Shown here in pieces: positions 9,728 through 18,873 of a stretch of 64,000 bases of DNA. Each line of letters opens with the position of its first letter. Positions within the stretch are counted from its first letter, which is position 1. Position numbers and translations under genes: made by a program. The DNA is from Candidatus Sericytochromatia bacterium (GTDB lineage: Bacteria > Cyanobacteriota > Sericytochromatia > S15B-MN24 > UBA4093): positions 32,001 to 96,000 of the forward strand of contig JAKFCT010000028.1 of assembly GCA_036676495.1 (NCBI GenBank). Reading direction: 5' to 3'. Below the pieces are notes generated by a model. It was not told the DNA's origin and made no database searches. It was given only the letters and a program-made list of their open reading frames with translations.

Positions 9728-10831
9728 CTACTTCTCGTAGGAGTCCCGAAGGTCCTTGAGGTCCTGCAGCTCGTCCCGGGTGCTGGACAGCTCGCCCTTG
9801 AGCTTCGTGATGGCCCGCTCCAGCTCGGCGATCTTGTCCGCGATCTCCTCGGCGTTCTCCAGGCGTGCCTTGATAGCATCCCCCAGCACCTCGTCGCGCA
9901 GGGTCTCGAGGTCGGAAATCTTGCGCTCGATCGTGGCAATGGTCTTCTCGGTCTTGACGATCTGCGCGTCGAGCTTGGCGAGCTGCTCCCGGTTCTCGGA
10001 GATCCGCCCGTCGAGCTTATCTTGCTTGCCCCGCAGCAGGTCGATCCGCTGCTGGGTCGCATCCAGCTCCCCTTCCTTGGCGTCACCCTGGGCCTGAAGC
10101 TTGCCACGGCGCAGGTTGAGGAAGTAGCCCTCGACGGAGATGACGGCCTGACGGGTGTTGGTCTCGGTCAGCTTGCCTTCGGTGGCATGCATCCGGTCTT
10201 TTGCTTCGCGAGCCTCCGAGGAAGCCGCTTCCTTGCGGACGTTGCCGAGGACGTCGTCGCCCTGCGCATAGCCCGGAAGGGTCGAGAGGTAATCGGCGTA
10301 GTCCTGAGCGCCCTGCGCCTCGCCGTACTGCTTGCGATGCTGCTTGGCCAGCTCCGCCTCGCGCTTGATCAGGGCATCCTGCTCGACCTTGAGGTCGTCG
10401 ATCTTGGCGTCGACGGCGTCGATCTTGCCGGCAATCTCCGCGATCTCGGCCTTCAGCTGGGATTTCTCGCCCAGGGCTCCGGAAAGGTCTTTCTTGAGCT
10501 CCTCGGCGCGCTTCAGCTTGCGGGCCAGGGCATCGCTCAGCTCGGCGCGCTCGACGTGGGCATCGGCCAGGTCGACCTGATTGCGGTACAGGGCCTTGTT
10601 GAGGGTGGAAATCTCACCGTCGATCCGCATCACCTGCTCGCGGATGGCCGTGCCCGACGCGCCGCGCTTGGGGACGCTGATGTCGATGACGTCCTTCTTG
10701 GGCTTGAGCGAGAGACTGTCCGCGCTCACCGGCTTCGACTCGGCAGCGGGGGGCTCGGTCGGCTTGGAAGGAGCCAGGATGGTCGCCCAGTTGAGGGCCC
10801 CGAGCTTCGATTTCGACACCTGATTATCCAT
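9728..10831 (-). CDS. Hypothetical long coiled-coil protein, no signal peptide
   Basis: About 300 aa of heptad-rich E/K/L/A sequence after a Pro-rich N-terminus; GGAGGA RBS before ATG 10831; strong GC3 bias. Confidence 0.8.
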   Translation of the reverse strand: MDNQVSKSKLGALNWATILAPSKPTEPPAAESKPVSADSLSLKPKKDVIDISVPKRGASGTAIREQVMRIDGEISTLNKALYRNQVDLADAHVERAELSDALARKLKRAEELKKDLSGALGEKSQLKAEIAEIAGKIDAVDAKIDDLKVEQDALIKREAELAKQHRKQYGEAQGAQDYADYLSTLPGYAQGDDVLGNVRKEAASSEAREAKDRMHATEGKLTETNTRQAVISVEGYFLNLRRGKLQAQGDAKEGELDATQQRIDLLRGKQDKLDGRISENREQLAKLDAQIVKTEKTIATIERKISDLETLRDEVLGDAIKARLENAEEIADKIAELERAITKLKGELSSTRDELQDLKDLRDSYEK

Positions 10832-10872
10832 GGCCAAGTCCTCCCACGATCAACGAGCGTTATTCCCTTTGT

Positions 10873-10900
10873 TTGTCGCCGGGCCGACGCGCGATCTTGC
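10873..10900 (-). promoter_or_regulatory. sigma28/FliA-like promoter
   Basis: GCAAG-N15-GGCGACAA; same architecture at 18642-18669 and 19813-19840. Confidence 0.6.
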
Positions 10901-11042
10901 GAATCAACGGGTTAAGCTTCGACAAAGCCTGCGCCAGAAGCCCGATCCCGACGGACTTCCGCAAGAAAGCCCAGCGTGCCCGAGATCCAAGCGCTTGCTG
11001 CACTAGAGCATACATACCCGCTACCACGCACTTACTCCCGAC

Positions 11043-11069
11043 GAAAGCTTCCGCCGTTTTTCCCGATAA
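11043..11069 (+). promoter_or_regulatory. sigma28/FliA-like promoter of the GH1 gene
   Basis: GAAAG-N14-CCCGATAA versus canonical TAAAG-N14-GCCGATAA. Confidence 0.5.
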
Positions 11070-11108
11070 CCATGAGAAGGTTAAGCTTCGGTAAGGAGGG
11101 GATTAAGC

Positions 11109-12524
11109 ATGGCGGCAAAAAGGCGGCTCGGCCACGGCGCGGTTTTCGGCCGCATCATGGGCATGCTGGGGATCCTGGCCATCCTGGCCGGCTGCGGAGG
11201 CCCGAGCGGCTTCGCCTGGCTGGGAGATAACGGCAAGGCCCGCATCCAGTCGGTACCCGGCTCCGATCAGGCCTTCCCCCCGGGCTTCCTCTGGGGCGTC
11301 GCCACGGCGGGCTACCAGTACGAGGGCGGAGACCAGACCTCCCAGTGGGCCGCCTGGGAGCGCTCCCGCCGGGTCAAGCATGCCATCGGCAACGCCACCG
11401 ACCACTGGAACCGCTGGGAAGAAGACCTTGACCTGGCCAAGGATCTCGGCCTCAACGCGTTCCGCATGAGCATCGAATGGGCCCGCATCGAGCCGGAGCG
11501 CGGCCGCATCGACCCCGCGGCCGTGAAGCACTACCATCAGGTGATCGACGGCCTGCGCGCCCGGGGCATGGAGCCCGTCGTGACCCTCGTTCACTTCGCC
11601 TACCCCGCATGGCTCGATCGGCCGCTATCCGGCGGCGAGGGCGGCTGGGAATCCGACGAGACCGTCTCCGAGTTCCGCCGCTACGCCTCCTGGGCGGCCC
11701 AAGAGTACGGAAGCAAAGTTCGCTGGTGGATCACGCTCAACGAGCCCAACACGGCGGGCCTCACCGGCTACATTGCAGGCGTTCATCCCCCGGGGAAACG
11801 CAACCCCTTCGCCTTCGCCAAGGCCATGGAGCGCATGGCCCGCGCTCATCAGGCCGGTTTCGAGGCGATCCACGCCTCGGATCCCGACGCGCAGGTCTCG
11901 ATCAACCCCTTCATCTTCCATCGCCGGCAGCATGCCCCCAACTACGAGATGCAAGCGAGCCAGGACCTCAACGACTTCAGCCTGCTCGACCGCCTGGCCC
12001 CCCCGGTGGGCGAGGCCGGAACGCCTCCGACGGAACGAACCGATAAGCGCTTCCTCGATTACGTGGCCTTCGACTACTACTACGCCCTGGGCTTCTGGGA
12101 CGTGACCAAGATCGGCACCTTCTGGGAATGGCCCATCTACCCCGAAGGGATGTACGAGGTCTCCAAGAAGCTCTACGAACGCTACCGCCTCCCGCTCTTC
12201 GTGGCGGAGAACGGCTTCGCCACCGAAGCCGACAACCCGCGCAAGGACGGCTGGACCCGGGAGGCCTTCCTGGTGAACCACCTGGCTCAGCTGCGCAAGG
12301 CCATGGCCGAAGGCGTGCCGGTCCTGGGCTACATGCACTGGTCCCTGACGGATAACTACGAGTGGGGCACGTACACCCCCCGCTTCGGGCTCTACGGGAT
12401 CGATCGGCGGGATCCCGAGCTGCGCCGCTTCCGGACCGGCGGAGCCGAGGTCTACCGGCAAATCGCCTCCAGCAACCGCCTTCCCGAATCCTTGCTCCAG
12501 CGCTACCTGGGACGGCGGAACTAG
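11109..12524 (+). CDS. Glycoside hydrolase family 1 (beta-glucosidase-like) with lipoprotein signal
   Basis: FPPGFLWGVATAGYQYEG, TLNEP acid/base, AENG nucleophile, WSLTDNYEW; lipobox LAGC. Confidence 0.92.
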   Translation: MAAKRRLGHGAVFGRIMGMLGILAILAGCGGPSGFAWLGDNGKARIQSVPGSDQAFPPGFLWGVATAGYQYEGGDQTSQWAAWERSRRVKHAIGNATDHWNRWEEDLDLAKDLGLNAFRMSIEWARIEPERGRIDPAAVKHYHQVIDGLRARGMEPVVTLVHFAYPAWLDRPLSGGEGGWESDETVSEFRRYASWAAQEYGSKVRWWITLNEPNTAGLTGYIAGVHPPGKRNPFAFAKAMERMARAHQAGFEAIHASDPDAQVSINPFIFHRRQHAPNYEMQASQDLNDFSLLDRLAPPVGEAGTPPTERTDKRFLDYVAFDYYYALGFWDVTKIGTFWEWPIYPEGMYEVSKKLYERYRLPLFVAENGFATEADNPRKDGWTREAFLVNHLAQLRKAMAEGVPVLGYMHWSLTDNYEWGTYTPRFGLYGIDRRDPELRRFRTGGAEVYRQIASSNRLPESLLQRYLGRRN

Positions 12525-12608
12525 CTTCCGCCGCCAGCGAAGTCTCGCTTCATGCTGGACCTCCGCGACGGATTCGACGATGATGGCCTCGGGAAGGACC
12601 GAGGAGAA

Positions 12609-15419
12609 ATGACCACCATGACGCGAGACCTCCGGGACCGGGATGCTCCCTTGCGCCGGGACATCCGCTGGCTGGGCACCCTGCTGGGCGAGACCCTGAT
12701 CGAGCAAGCTGGACGGGGCCTCTTCGAGACCGAAGAGCGCCTGCGCATCCTCAGCAAGCGTTACCGCCGGCATCCGACCACCATGCGCCAGGATCAGATC
12801 GCCGGCATCATCCGCGGCCTCGGCATCGACGAGGCCATCGGGGTGATCCGGGCCTTCTCGCTCTACTTCGGGCTGGTCAACCTGGCCGAGCAACACCACC
12901 GCGTGCGGCGGCGGCGAGAAGTCCGGCTCTCGGGCGATCGCCCCCAGCGCGGCTCCCTGACCGAGACCTTGCGCCTCCTGAGAGAGAAGGACCTCGATGC
13001 CGCCGCCGTGAGAGCCCTCCTGAGGCGGATCGAGGTGGGCCTCGTGGTCACGGCCCATCCCACCGAGCCGAACCGCAAGACGGTCCTCGGGCAGTGGCAC
13101 GCCGTGACCCAGGATCTCGCGGCCTGGGACGATCCCCGGCTCGGCCCCCGTGAGCGCGATCGCCTTGAAGCCGGGATTCGCGAGACCCTGACGGCCGTCT
13201 GGCAGACCGACGAGGTGCGGCACCGCCGCCCCACGGTCTACGACGAGCAGAACGCGGCGCTCTTCTACTTCCGGGAATCGCTGCTCGACGCGATCCCCCG
13301 CCTTTACGACGAACTGGGCCACGAGTTCCAGACCACCTTCGGTGAGCCCCTGGGGGATCCTCCCCTGCTGGTCAGCTTCGGCACCTGGATCGGGGGCGAT
13401 CGCGACGGCAACCCCTTCGTGACCCCCGAGGCCACCCGCGAGGCGATGCGCCGGCAACGCGCTTTCATGCTCGAGCATTACCTCGACGAGCTCGGCGAGC
13501 TCGTCGTCGAGCTCAGCCTCTCTCGGCGCCGCGTCGGCATCTCCGACGAGCTGAAAGAGACCATCGACGCCTATCTCGCACAGCTGCCACTCGACGAGAC
13601 GGTCCATCCCTGGCTGGAGCGCAACGAAGAGGAGCCCTACCGCCGCTTCATCACCCTGATGGGCTTCCGGCTCCGGCGCAGCCTCGAGGGACGCGAAGGC
13701 GGCTATGCGGCCTGCGATGCGTTCGGGGCGGACCTTGATCGGATGGACCGGAGCCTTCGCGCGCACCGGGGCGAGCGGCTGGCCGACGGCAGGCTTCAAA
13801 CCCTGCGCCTCAAGGCCCGCACCTTCGGCTTCTACCTGGCGGCGCTCGACATTCGCCAGAACAGCCGCGTCCACGAAGAGGCCATGACCGATGCCCTGGC
13901 CGTCGCCGGGGTCATCACGGGCTACCAGGACCTCCCCGAGCATTCGAAGCAGGCCATCCTGCTGCGCGAGCTGGAGAACCCCCGCCCCCTGCTGCCCCCG
14001 GACGCTCCGCTCACGCCCGAGGCGCGCGAGACCTTCGAGACCTTCGTCGCGTTGAAAGACTGCCAGGACATGGCGGGAGCATGTGCGGTCGAAGACTACA
14101 TCGTCAGCATGACCTGCGCGCCGAGCCACCTCTTGGAGGTGCTCGTCATGGCCAAGGAGGCGGGACTCTACCGGTGGTACCCCGGTAGGCAGAACCTCGG
14201 GAGGCAAGGCCCAGGGGGGCAGAGCCCCCAGGGGGTCGTCTCTCGGCTGAACGTGGTGCCCCTCTTCGAGACCATCGAGGATCTGCGGGCCTCCGCGGCG
14301 ATCATGGCCAAGCTCTGGTCGTTCGCTCCCTACCGGGAGGCCTTGCGGAGCCTGGGCGATCGCCAGGAAGTCATGATCGGCTACTCCGACTCCAACAAGG
14401 ACGGCGGGATCCTGACCTCCAATTGGGAGCTTTACAAGGCCCAACGCGACCTGAGCCGGCTGGCACGATCGCATGGCATTGCGCTGCGGCTCTTTCACGG
14501 CCGCGGAGGCACGGTGAGCCGGGGCGGCGGGCCGACCTACGAGGCGATCCTGGCGCAACCCCCGGGCTCGGTGTCGGGGGCAATCAAGCTCACCGAGCAA
14601 GGGGAAGTGCTGGCCTGGAAGTACGGAGTGCCCGATCTCGCCGATCGCAACCTCGAGCAGGCGCTCTCCGCGACGATCCTGGCGAGCCGCGAAGAGCTGG
14701 CGGATCTCAACCGGGTCCGGGAGCGCGATGCGGCGATGGAGCGGATCTCCCAGACCGCCTTCGAAGCGTACCGGCGCGTGGTCTACGAAGATCCCGGCTT
14801 TCTCCAGTTCTTTCAGCAGGCCACACCCTTGGCCGAGATCGAGTCGCTCAAGATCGGGTCGCGGCCGGCCCGGCGGCGCAAGGAAGGCGGGATCGAGACG
14901 CTGCGGGCCATCCCCTGGACGTTCGCGTGGATCCAGACGCGCTTTCTCTTGCCGAGCTGGCTGGGGGCCGGGACCGCCTTGATGGCAGGCCTCGCCGAGG
15001 CGGGCGGGCGGGAGCGGCTGCAGGCCTGGTACCGGGACTGGAGCTACTTCCGGACGCTGATCGGAAACGTCGAGGTCTCCTTGGCGAAGGCGGACATGGC
15101 AATCGCCCGGCGCTACGCGGACCTGGTCGAGGATCCCGCGGTGCGCGAGCGGATCTGGGGCGAGGTGCATGCGGAGTTCGAGCGGGCCCGCGAGGCGGTG
15201 CTGGCCATCTCGGGACAGCGCGAGCTGCTCGAGCGCAATCCGGTCCTTCAGCGGTCGATTCGCCTGCGCAACCCGTACGTGGATCCCTTGAGTCACTTGC
15301 AAGTCGAGCTGTTGCGGCGCAAGCGTCGGGGGGAGGCCCCGGACGAGGCGCAACGCCTGGATTCGGCCCTGGCGCTGACGGTAACGGGAATCGCCGCGGG
15401 GCTTCGCAACTCCGGGTGA
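12609..15419 (+). CDS. ppc: Phosphoenolpyruvate carboxylase
   Basis: TAHPTE, WIGGDRDGNP, QEVMIGYSDSNKDGG, FHGRGG..RGGGP, LRAIPW, C-terminal IAAGLRNSG. Start placed after GAGGAG. Confidence 0.97.
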   Translation: MTTMTRDLRDRDAPLRRDIRWLGTLLGETLIEQAGRGLFETEERLRILSKRYRRHPTTMRQDQIAGIIRGLGIDEAIGVIRAFSLYFGLVNLAEQHHRVRRRREVRLSGDRPQRGSLTETLRLLREKDLDAAAVRALLRRIEVGLVVTAHPTEPNRKTVLGQWHAVTQDLAAWDDPRLGPRERDRLEAGIRETLTAVWQTDEVRHRRPTVYDEQNAALFYFRESLLDAIPRLYDELGHEFQTTFGEPLGDPPLLVSFGTWIGGDRDGNPFVTPEATREAMRRQRAFMLEHYLDELGELVVELSLSRRRVGISDELKETIDAYLAQLPLDETVHPWLERNEEEPYRRFITLMGFRLRRSLEGREGGYAACDAFGADLDRMDRSLRAHRGERLADGRLQTLRLKARTFGFYLAALDIRQNSRVHEEAMTDALAVAGVITGYQDLPEHSKQAILLRELENPRPLLPPDAPLTPEARETFETFVALKDCQDMAGACAVEDYIVSMTCAPSHLLEVLVMAKEAGLYRWYPGRQNLGRQGPGGQSPQGVVSRLNVVPLFETIEDLRASAAIMAKLWSFAPYREALRSLGDRQEVMIGYSDSNKDGGILTSNWELYKAQRDLSRLARSHGIALRLFHGRGGTVSRGGGPTYEAILAQPPGSVSGAIKLTEQGEVLAWKYGVPDLADRNLEQALSATILASREELADLNRVRERDAAMERISQTAFEAYRRVVYEDPGFLQFFQQATPLAEIESLKIGSRPARRRKEGGIETLRAIPWTFAWIQTRFLLPSWLGAGTALMAGLAEAGGRERLQAWYRDWSYFRTLIGNVEVSLAKADMAIARRYADLVEDPAVRERIWGEVHAEFERAREAVLAISGQRELLERNPVLQRSIRLRNPYVDPLSHLQVELLRRKRRGEAPDEAQRLDSALALTVTGIAAGLRNSG

Positions 15420-15424
15420 CTCGC

Positions 15425-15453
15425 TTTACAAGCGTTCAAGCAAACCGTACACT
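15425..15453 (+). promoter_or_regulatory. sigma70-type promoter of the cytochrome c gene
   Basis: TTTACA-N17-TACACT. Confidence 0.6.
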
Positions 15454-15535
15454 GGATGTCCACGTAGACCCCATCGCGGTCCCTGGATCGATCGTGGGAT
15501 TGGTCCAGTCAACTTGCACCATAGGAGGTACTCTG

Positions 15536-16009
15536 GTGAAGCGAACCCTTACGCTGGCGCTCGCCCTCGCGGCCTCGATCTCCCTGGTTGGCTGTCAGCC
15601 TTCCGAGGAGCAAGGCGCCGAAACCACTCCCCCTGCCACCGAGAGCCCGGCGGCGGAAGCCCCCGCTGGCGAGACCCCGGCGGCCACCGAGGGCGCAGCC
15701 CCCGGCGGACAGCAGGTTGCTGGCGCCCCCGCGGGCGTCGACCTCGCAGCGGGCCAGCAGATCTTCGCGACCAACTGCGCCACCTGCCACGGTCCCCAGG
15801 GCGCTGGCGACGGCCCCGCGGCCTCGGCGCTGAACCCCCGGCCGACCGACCTGGCTGCCGGCCCCTACAAGCACGTCGGCGACTTCGCCACCTGGAAGGG
15901 CGTCGTCGCGAACGGCGTCCCCGGCACCGGCATGGCGCCTTGGTCCGGCACCCTCTCCGAGGACCAGATCAACAACGTCACGGCCTACGCACTCTCGCTC
16001 AAGAAGTAA
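15536..16009 (+). CDS. Lipid-anchored monoheme cytochrome c
   Basis: GTG start after AGGAGG; lipobox LVGC; A/P/E/T linker; CATCH heme motif; distal Met in GTGMAPW. Confidence 0.9.
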   Translation: MKRTLTLALALAASISLVGCQPSEEQGAETTPPATESPAAEAPAGETPAATEGAAPGGQQVAGAPAGVDLAAGQQIFATNCATCHGPQGAGDGPAASALNPRPTDLAAGPYKHVGDFATWKGVVANGVPGTGMAPWSGTLSEDQINNVTAYALSLKK

Positions 16010-16041
16010 GCCTAGCGCGCGCCGCGAATTTTCCGGCAAGC

Positions 16042-16075
16042 AACAGCGGCCGGCCCGATGGGCCGGCCGCTGTTT
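16042..16075 (+). terminator. Intrinsic terminator after cytochrome c
   Basis: aacagcggccggccc-gat-gggccggccgctgtt, a 15-bp perfect hairpin ending in T residues. Confidence 0.7.
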
Positions 16076-16099
16076 CAGTGTCAGGGGCATGACGCCAAT

Positions 16100-16132
16100 A
16101 AAAAAGCCGGCCTCCCCTGAGGGAGGCCGGCT
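16100..16132 (-). terminator. Intrinsic terminator after tRNA-fMet
   Basis: agccggcctccc-ctga-gggaggccggct hairpin with a U-tract on the minus strand. Confidence 0.8.
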
Positions 16133-16134
16133 GA

Positions 16135-16209
<75 letters not shown>

Positions 16210-16221
16210 TCAGGAATACCT

Positions 16222-16250
16222 AGATTACCACCCTTCCGCGTTCGACGCAA
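16222..16250 (-). promoter_or_regulatory. sigma70-type promoter of tRNA-fMet
   Basis: TTGCGT-N17-TAATCT with TG extension. Confidence 0.6.
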
Positions 16251-16276
16251 GCAGTAAGCAAGCCTTATCGCGAACC

Positions 16277-18610
16277 CTAGGCTCCCCAGAGCTCCCGGGC
16301 CAGTTGCGCCCGATGCCAGGAGCGCATCATCTCGAAGATGCCCGCGCCCTTCGCGGCACGGCGAACCCAGCCGCTCGGATCCCGCGCCAGGACCGCCAGC
16401 ACCCGGCGATGCAAGAGCCCCGTGCGGCAGACCGCCTCGCGAACCGCCCAACTCGGGTCCTGGGCGGCCTGCTCGGCCAGTTTCGGCGTCAGGCGCGGGT
16501 TATGGACCGCGGAATAGCGAATGTCGACCAGCCGATCCTGGAGCAGCACGGCCAAAGCCTTGGCCGGCACGTGCGGATTGGAGGCCAGGTCGCGCCGGAC
16601 CTCCGGATCCGGATCCTCCGCCAAGCGCGCGGCCGCCATCGGGGTCAAGTCCGAGCGCTGGGCCAGCATCTTGCGCAGATCCGGCTCCGGATCCTCGGCG
16701 AGCGCCTCGAAGGCCGCCGGTACCACCCGGGGATTCTCCAGCAGCGCGACCCGCACCCGGAAATCCGGATCCTGGGCGAGTTGAGCCTGGACCTGGCGGC
16801 CTGAAGCGGCATGACGGGCCACATCCTCGCGCAGGGAGACCTCCGAGGCCCCTGCCAGGGCCATGAGGACCTCGGCAGGCACCTGAGCCATGGCCAAGAG
16901 ATCGCGCTTCGCCTCCGCCGGCAGCCTCGGATCCTGGGCCAGGTCCTGCCACATGGCCGCGGTCGCCAGGGGATGCGTCAAGGCGGCCCAGCGGATGTTG
17001 CGGTCGGGATCCCCCATGAGGCGGCGCAGGGCCTTCTCGGAGGAGCGCGGGTTCTGGGCCACGCCCGCCCGGGCCTTGCGCTCGGTATCCTCGGCCAGGC
17101 GCGTCAGGGTCTCCGAGGGCGTGCGGGGATGCCAGGCCACCGCAGCCCGCACCTCGGGAACCTCGTCGCGGGAAAGCCGCTCCAGGGTGTCGGGCGAGGC
17201 ATTGGCATGCATGGCCACGTGATACCGAAGCAAGGGATCCCGCTCATGGGCCAGCAGCGCGAGGGCGGGCGAGGAGGTCGTAGGCGCCTCGGCGAGCGTT
17301 CGCATGGCCTGGAGATCCATGCCCTGGGCGAGCGCCTTGGCACAGGCCACGGGCGTCGCGTACGAGTGGGTGAGGACTCCGAAGCGAATGCGGTCGATCG
17401 GGTCCTCTGCGAGCCGCTCCAGGGCCTCGGCGGGGGTGGCGGGATGCCGGGAGGTCAGGGCGCGGACCTCCTCGTCGGGATGCGTGGCGAGGCGGGCGAG
17501 CGAATCGGGCGAGAGGACGGGAATCCGGGCGATCGCCCTCAGCACGTTGACGTCGGGATCGTGGGCCAGGCGCTCCCGAACCGAGGGGGGAAGGGCGGGG
17601 TGCATCGCCAGGCGCGCGCGCAGCTCGGGCTCCCCGGCCCCGGAGAGGGCCTCGAGCACCGAGGGGACCACGTTGCGGTGCGTCAGCACGTCCTGGCGGG
17701 CCTGGAGGGTGCCACGTCGCGCCAGGGTGACCAGGCCCGCGGGCGGGGTCATCGGATGGACGGCCACCCGTTCCTGGATGCGCGGATCGGGATCCTCGGC
17801 CAGGATCCGGAGCATCGAGGAGGTGGCTCCCTTGGAGCGGGCGAGTTGCAGGCGCACCTCGGCGTCGGAATCGCGGGCCATGCGCTCGAGGGTCGCCTCG
17901 ACGGTCCGGGGGTCCCGGGCGACGCGGATCCGCAGTTGGGGATCGGGATCGCGGGAGAGGGCGTCCAGCACCTCGAGGTCGGCCTTGGCATTGGAGAGGA
18001 CGGCCTCACGGACCTCGCGGTCGATGTCGGAGGCCAAGGCCAGCAAGATCTCTGCCGTGGCCCTGGGGTGGGAAGCCACGGCGAAGCGGACGGAGGGATA
18101 GGGAGAGCGCGCGAACGCCTCGAGAATCCGATCGTCGATCCGGGGGTGAACGAGGATGGCATGGGCGATCGCCTCGTCCGCCGCCGAGCTGAGGGCTTCG
18201 AGGACGGCGCGGTTGGCATAGGGATTCTCGGCCAGCGCCAGGCGCACCTCGGGATCGACATCCTGCGCCAGGCGTAGCATGACGGAGGGAGGCAGATCCC
18301 CGCGACGGGCCAGCTGGGCCCTGAGGAGCGGGTCGGGGTCCGCCGCCAGGTGATGCAAGACCTCGGGGGTGACGTCCTTGCGGGAGAGGAGGGCCGCGCG
18401 GATGGCCGGGGACATGTCCGCGGCAAGGGCCTCCAGGACGGTGGAGGAGACCTGGGGGTCGTGGGCGACCTTGAGGCGGGCGGTGGGGTCTTCAGGCAGG
18501 GGGGCGTCGCGGCGGGGCAGCTCGACGGTCGATCCCAAGGGCAACGTGCGAGAGCGCTGAAAGCGATCTCGGCTGAGCGAAGCGGTTTGGCGTCGCGGCT
18601 CCTGGGTCAT
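16277..18610 (-). CDS. LRV/HEAT-like helical repeat protein (777 aa)
   Basis: About 24-aa repeats of the form L..LA.D.D..VR...A.(H/N)P..P over almost the whole length. Confidence 0.88.
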   Translation of the reverse strand: MTQEPRRQTASLSRDRFQRSRTLPLGSTVELPRRDAPLPEDPTARLKVAHDPQVSSTVLEALAADMSPAIRAALLSRKDVTPEVLHHLAADPDPLLRAQLARRGDLPPSVMLRLAQDVDPEVRLALAENPYANRAVLEALSSAADEAIAHAILVHPRIDDRILEAFARSPYPSVRFAVASHPRATAEILLALASDIDREVREAVLSNAKADLEVLDALSRDPDPQLRIRVARDPRTVEATLERMARDSDAEVRLQLARSKGATSSMLRILAEDPDPRIQERVAVHPMTPPAGLVTLARRGTLQARQDVLTHRNVVPSVLEALSGAGEPELRARLAMHPALPPSVRERLAHDPDVNVLRAIARIPVLSPDSLARLATHPDEEVRALTSRHPATPAEALERLAEDPIDRIRFGVLTHSYATPVACAKALAQGMDLQAMRTLAEAPTTSSPALALLAHERDPLLRYHVAMHANASPDTLERLSRDEVPEVRAAVAWHPRTPSETLTRLAEDTERKARAGVAQNPRSSEKALRRLMGDPDRNIRWAALTHPLATAAMWQDLAQDPRLPAEAKRDLLAMAQVPAEVLMALAGASEVSLREDVARHAASGRQVQAQLAQDPDFRVRVALLENPRVVPAAFEALAEDPEPDLRKMLAQRSDLTPMAAARLAEDPDPEVRRDLASNPHVPAKALAVLLQDRLVDIRYSAVHNPRLTPKLAEQAAQDPSWAVREAVCRTGLLHRRVLAVLARDPSGWVRRAAKGAGIFEMMRSWHRAQLARELWGA

Positions 18611-18641
18611 GGCCCTCTCCTGGAAAGTCCCACCATCGGAG

Positions 18642-18669
18642 TTGTCGTCGCCTTAACCGGGATTCTTGC
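18642..18669 (-). promoter_or_regulatory. sigma28/FliA-like promoter
   Basis: GCAAG-N15-GACGACAA, about 30 nt upstream of the LRV-repeat gene ATG. Confidence 0.6.
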
Positions 18670-18702
18670 CGGGGTCGCGGGCGGGCGGCACGGCCAAATG
18701 CA

Positions 18703-18732
18703 GAGGGCCGAGATCTTTCGATCTCGGCCCTC
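18703..18732 (-). terminator. Hairpin immediately 3' of tRNA-Asp (terminator or processing stem)
   Basis: gagggccgagatc-tttc-gatctcggccctc, a 13-bp perfect stem with a weak U-tract. Confidence 0.6.
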
Positions 18733-18734
18733 AG

Positions 18735-18808
18735 CGGGACTGACGGGGCTCGAACCCGCGACCTCCGCCTTGACAGGGCGGCATTCTAACCAACTGAACT
18801 ACAGTCCC
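18735..18808 (-). tRNA. tRNA-Asp (anticodon GTC), CCA not encoded
   Basis: GGGACTGTAGTTCAGTTGGTTAGAATGCCGCC-CTGTCAA-GGCGGAGGTCGCGGGTTCGAGCCCCGTCAGTCCCG folds as a cloverleaf. Confidence 0.97.
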
Positions 18809-18818
18809 AACAGAATTA

Positions 18819-18858
18819 ATACTAGCGGCTTCCTAGGCCGACGTCAACCCTTTTTTTT
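18819..18858 (-). promoter_or_regulatory. Strong sigma70 promoter with A-tract UP element for tRNA-Asp
   Basis: AAAAAAAAGGG-TTGACG-N17-TAGTAT. Confidence 0.75.
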
Positions 18859-18873
18859 CCTCCGGCTTAATCT

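Noticed and set aside
11625-15353. 1242-aa minus-strand ORF (likewise 57751-60627, 37802-40471, 5356-7746, 50258-52492, 53512-55746)
   Set aside because: Antisense shadows of well-supported genes, caused by high GC3 and few stop codons; no motifs and atypical composition
16277-18610. Periodic DNA similarity suggesting a CRISPR array or DGR repeat
   Set aside because: The periodicity comes from degenerate 24-aa protein repeats. There is no identical repeat-spacer structure and no cas or reverse transcriptase gene in the window
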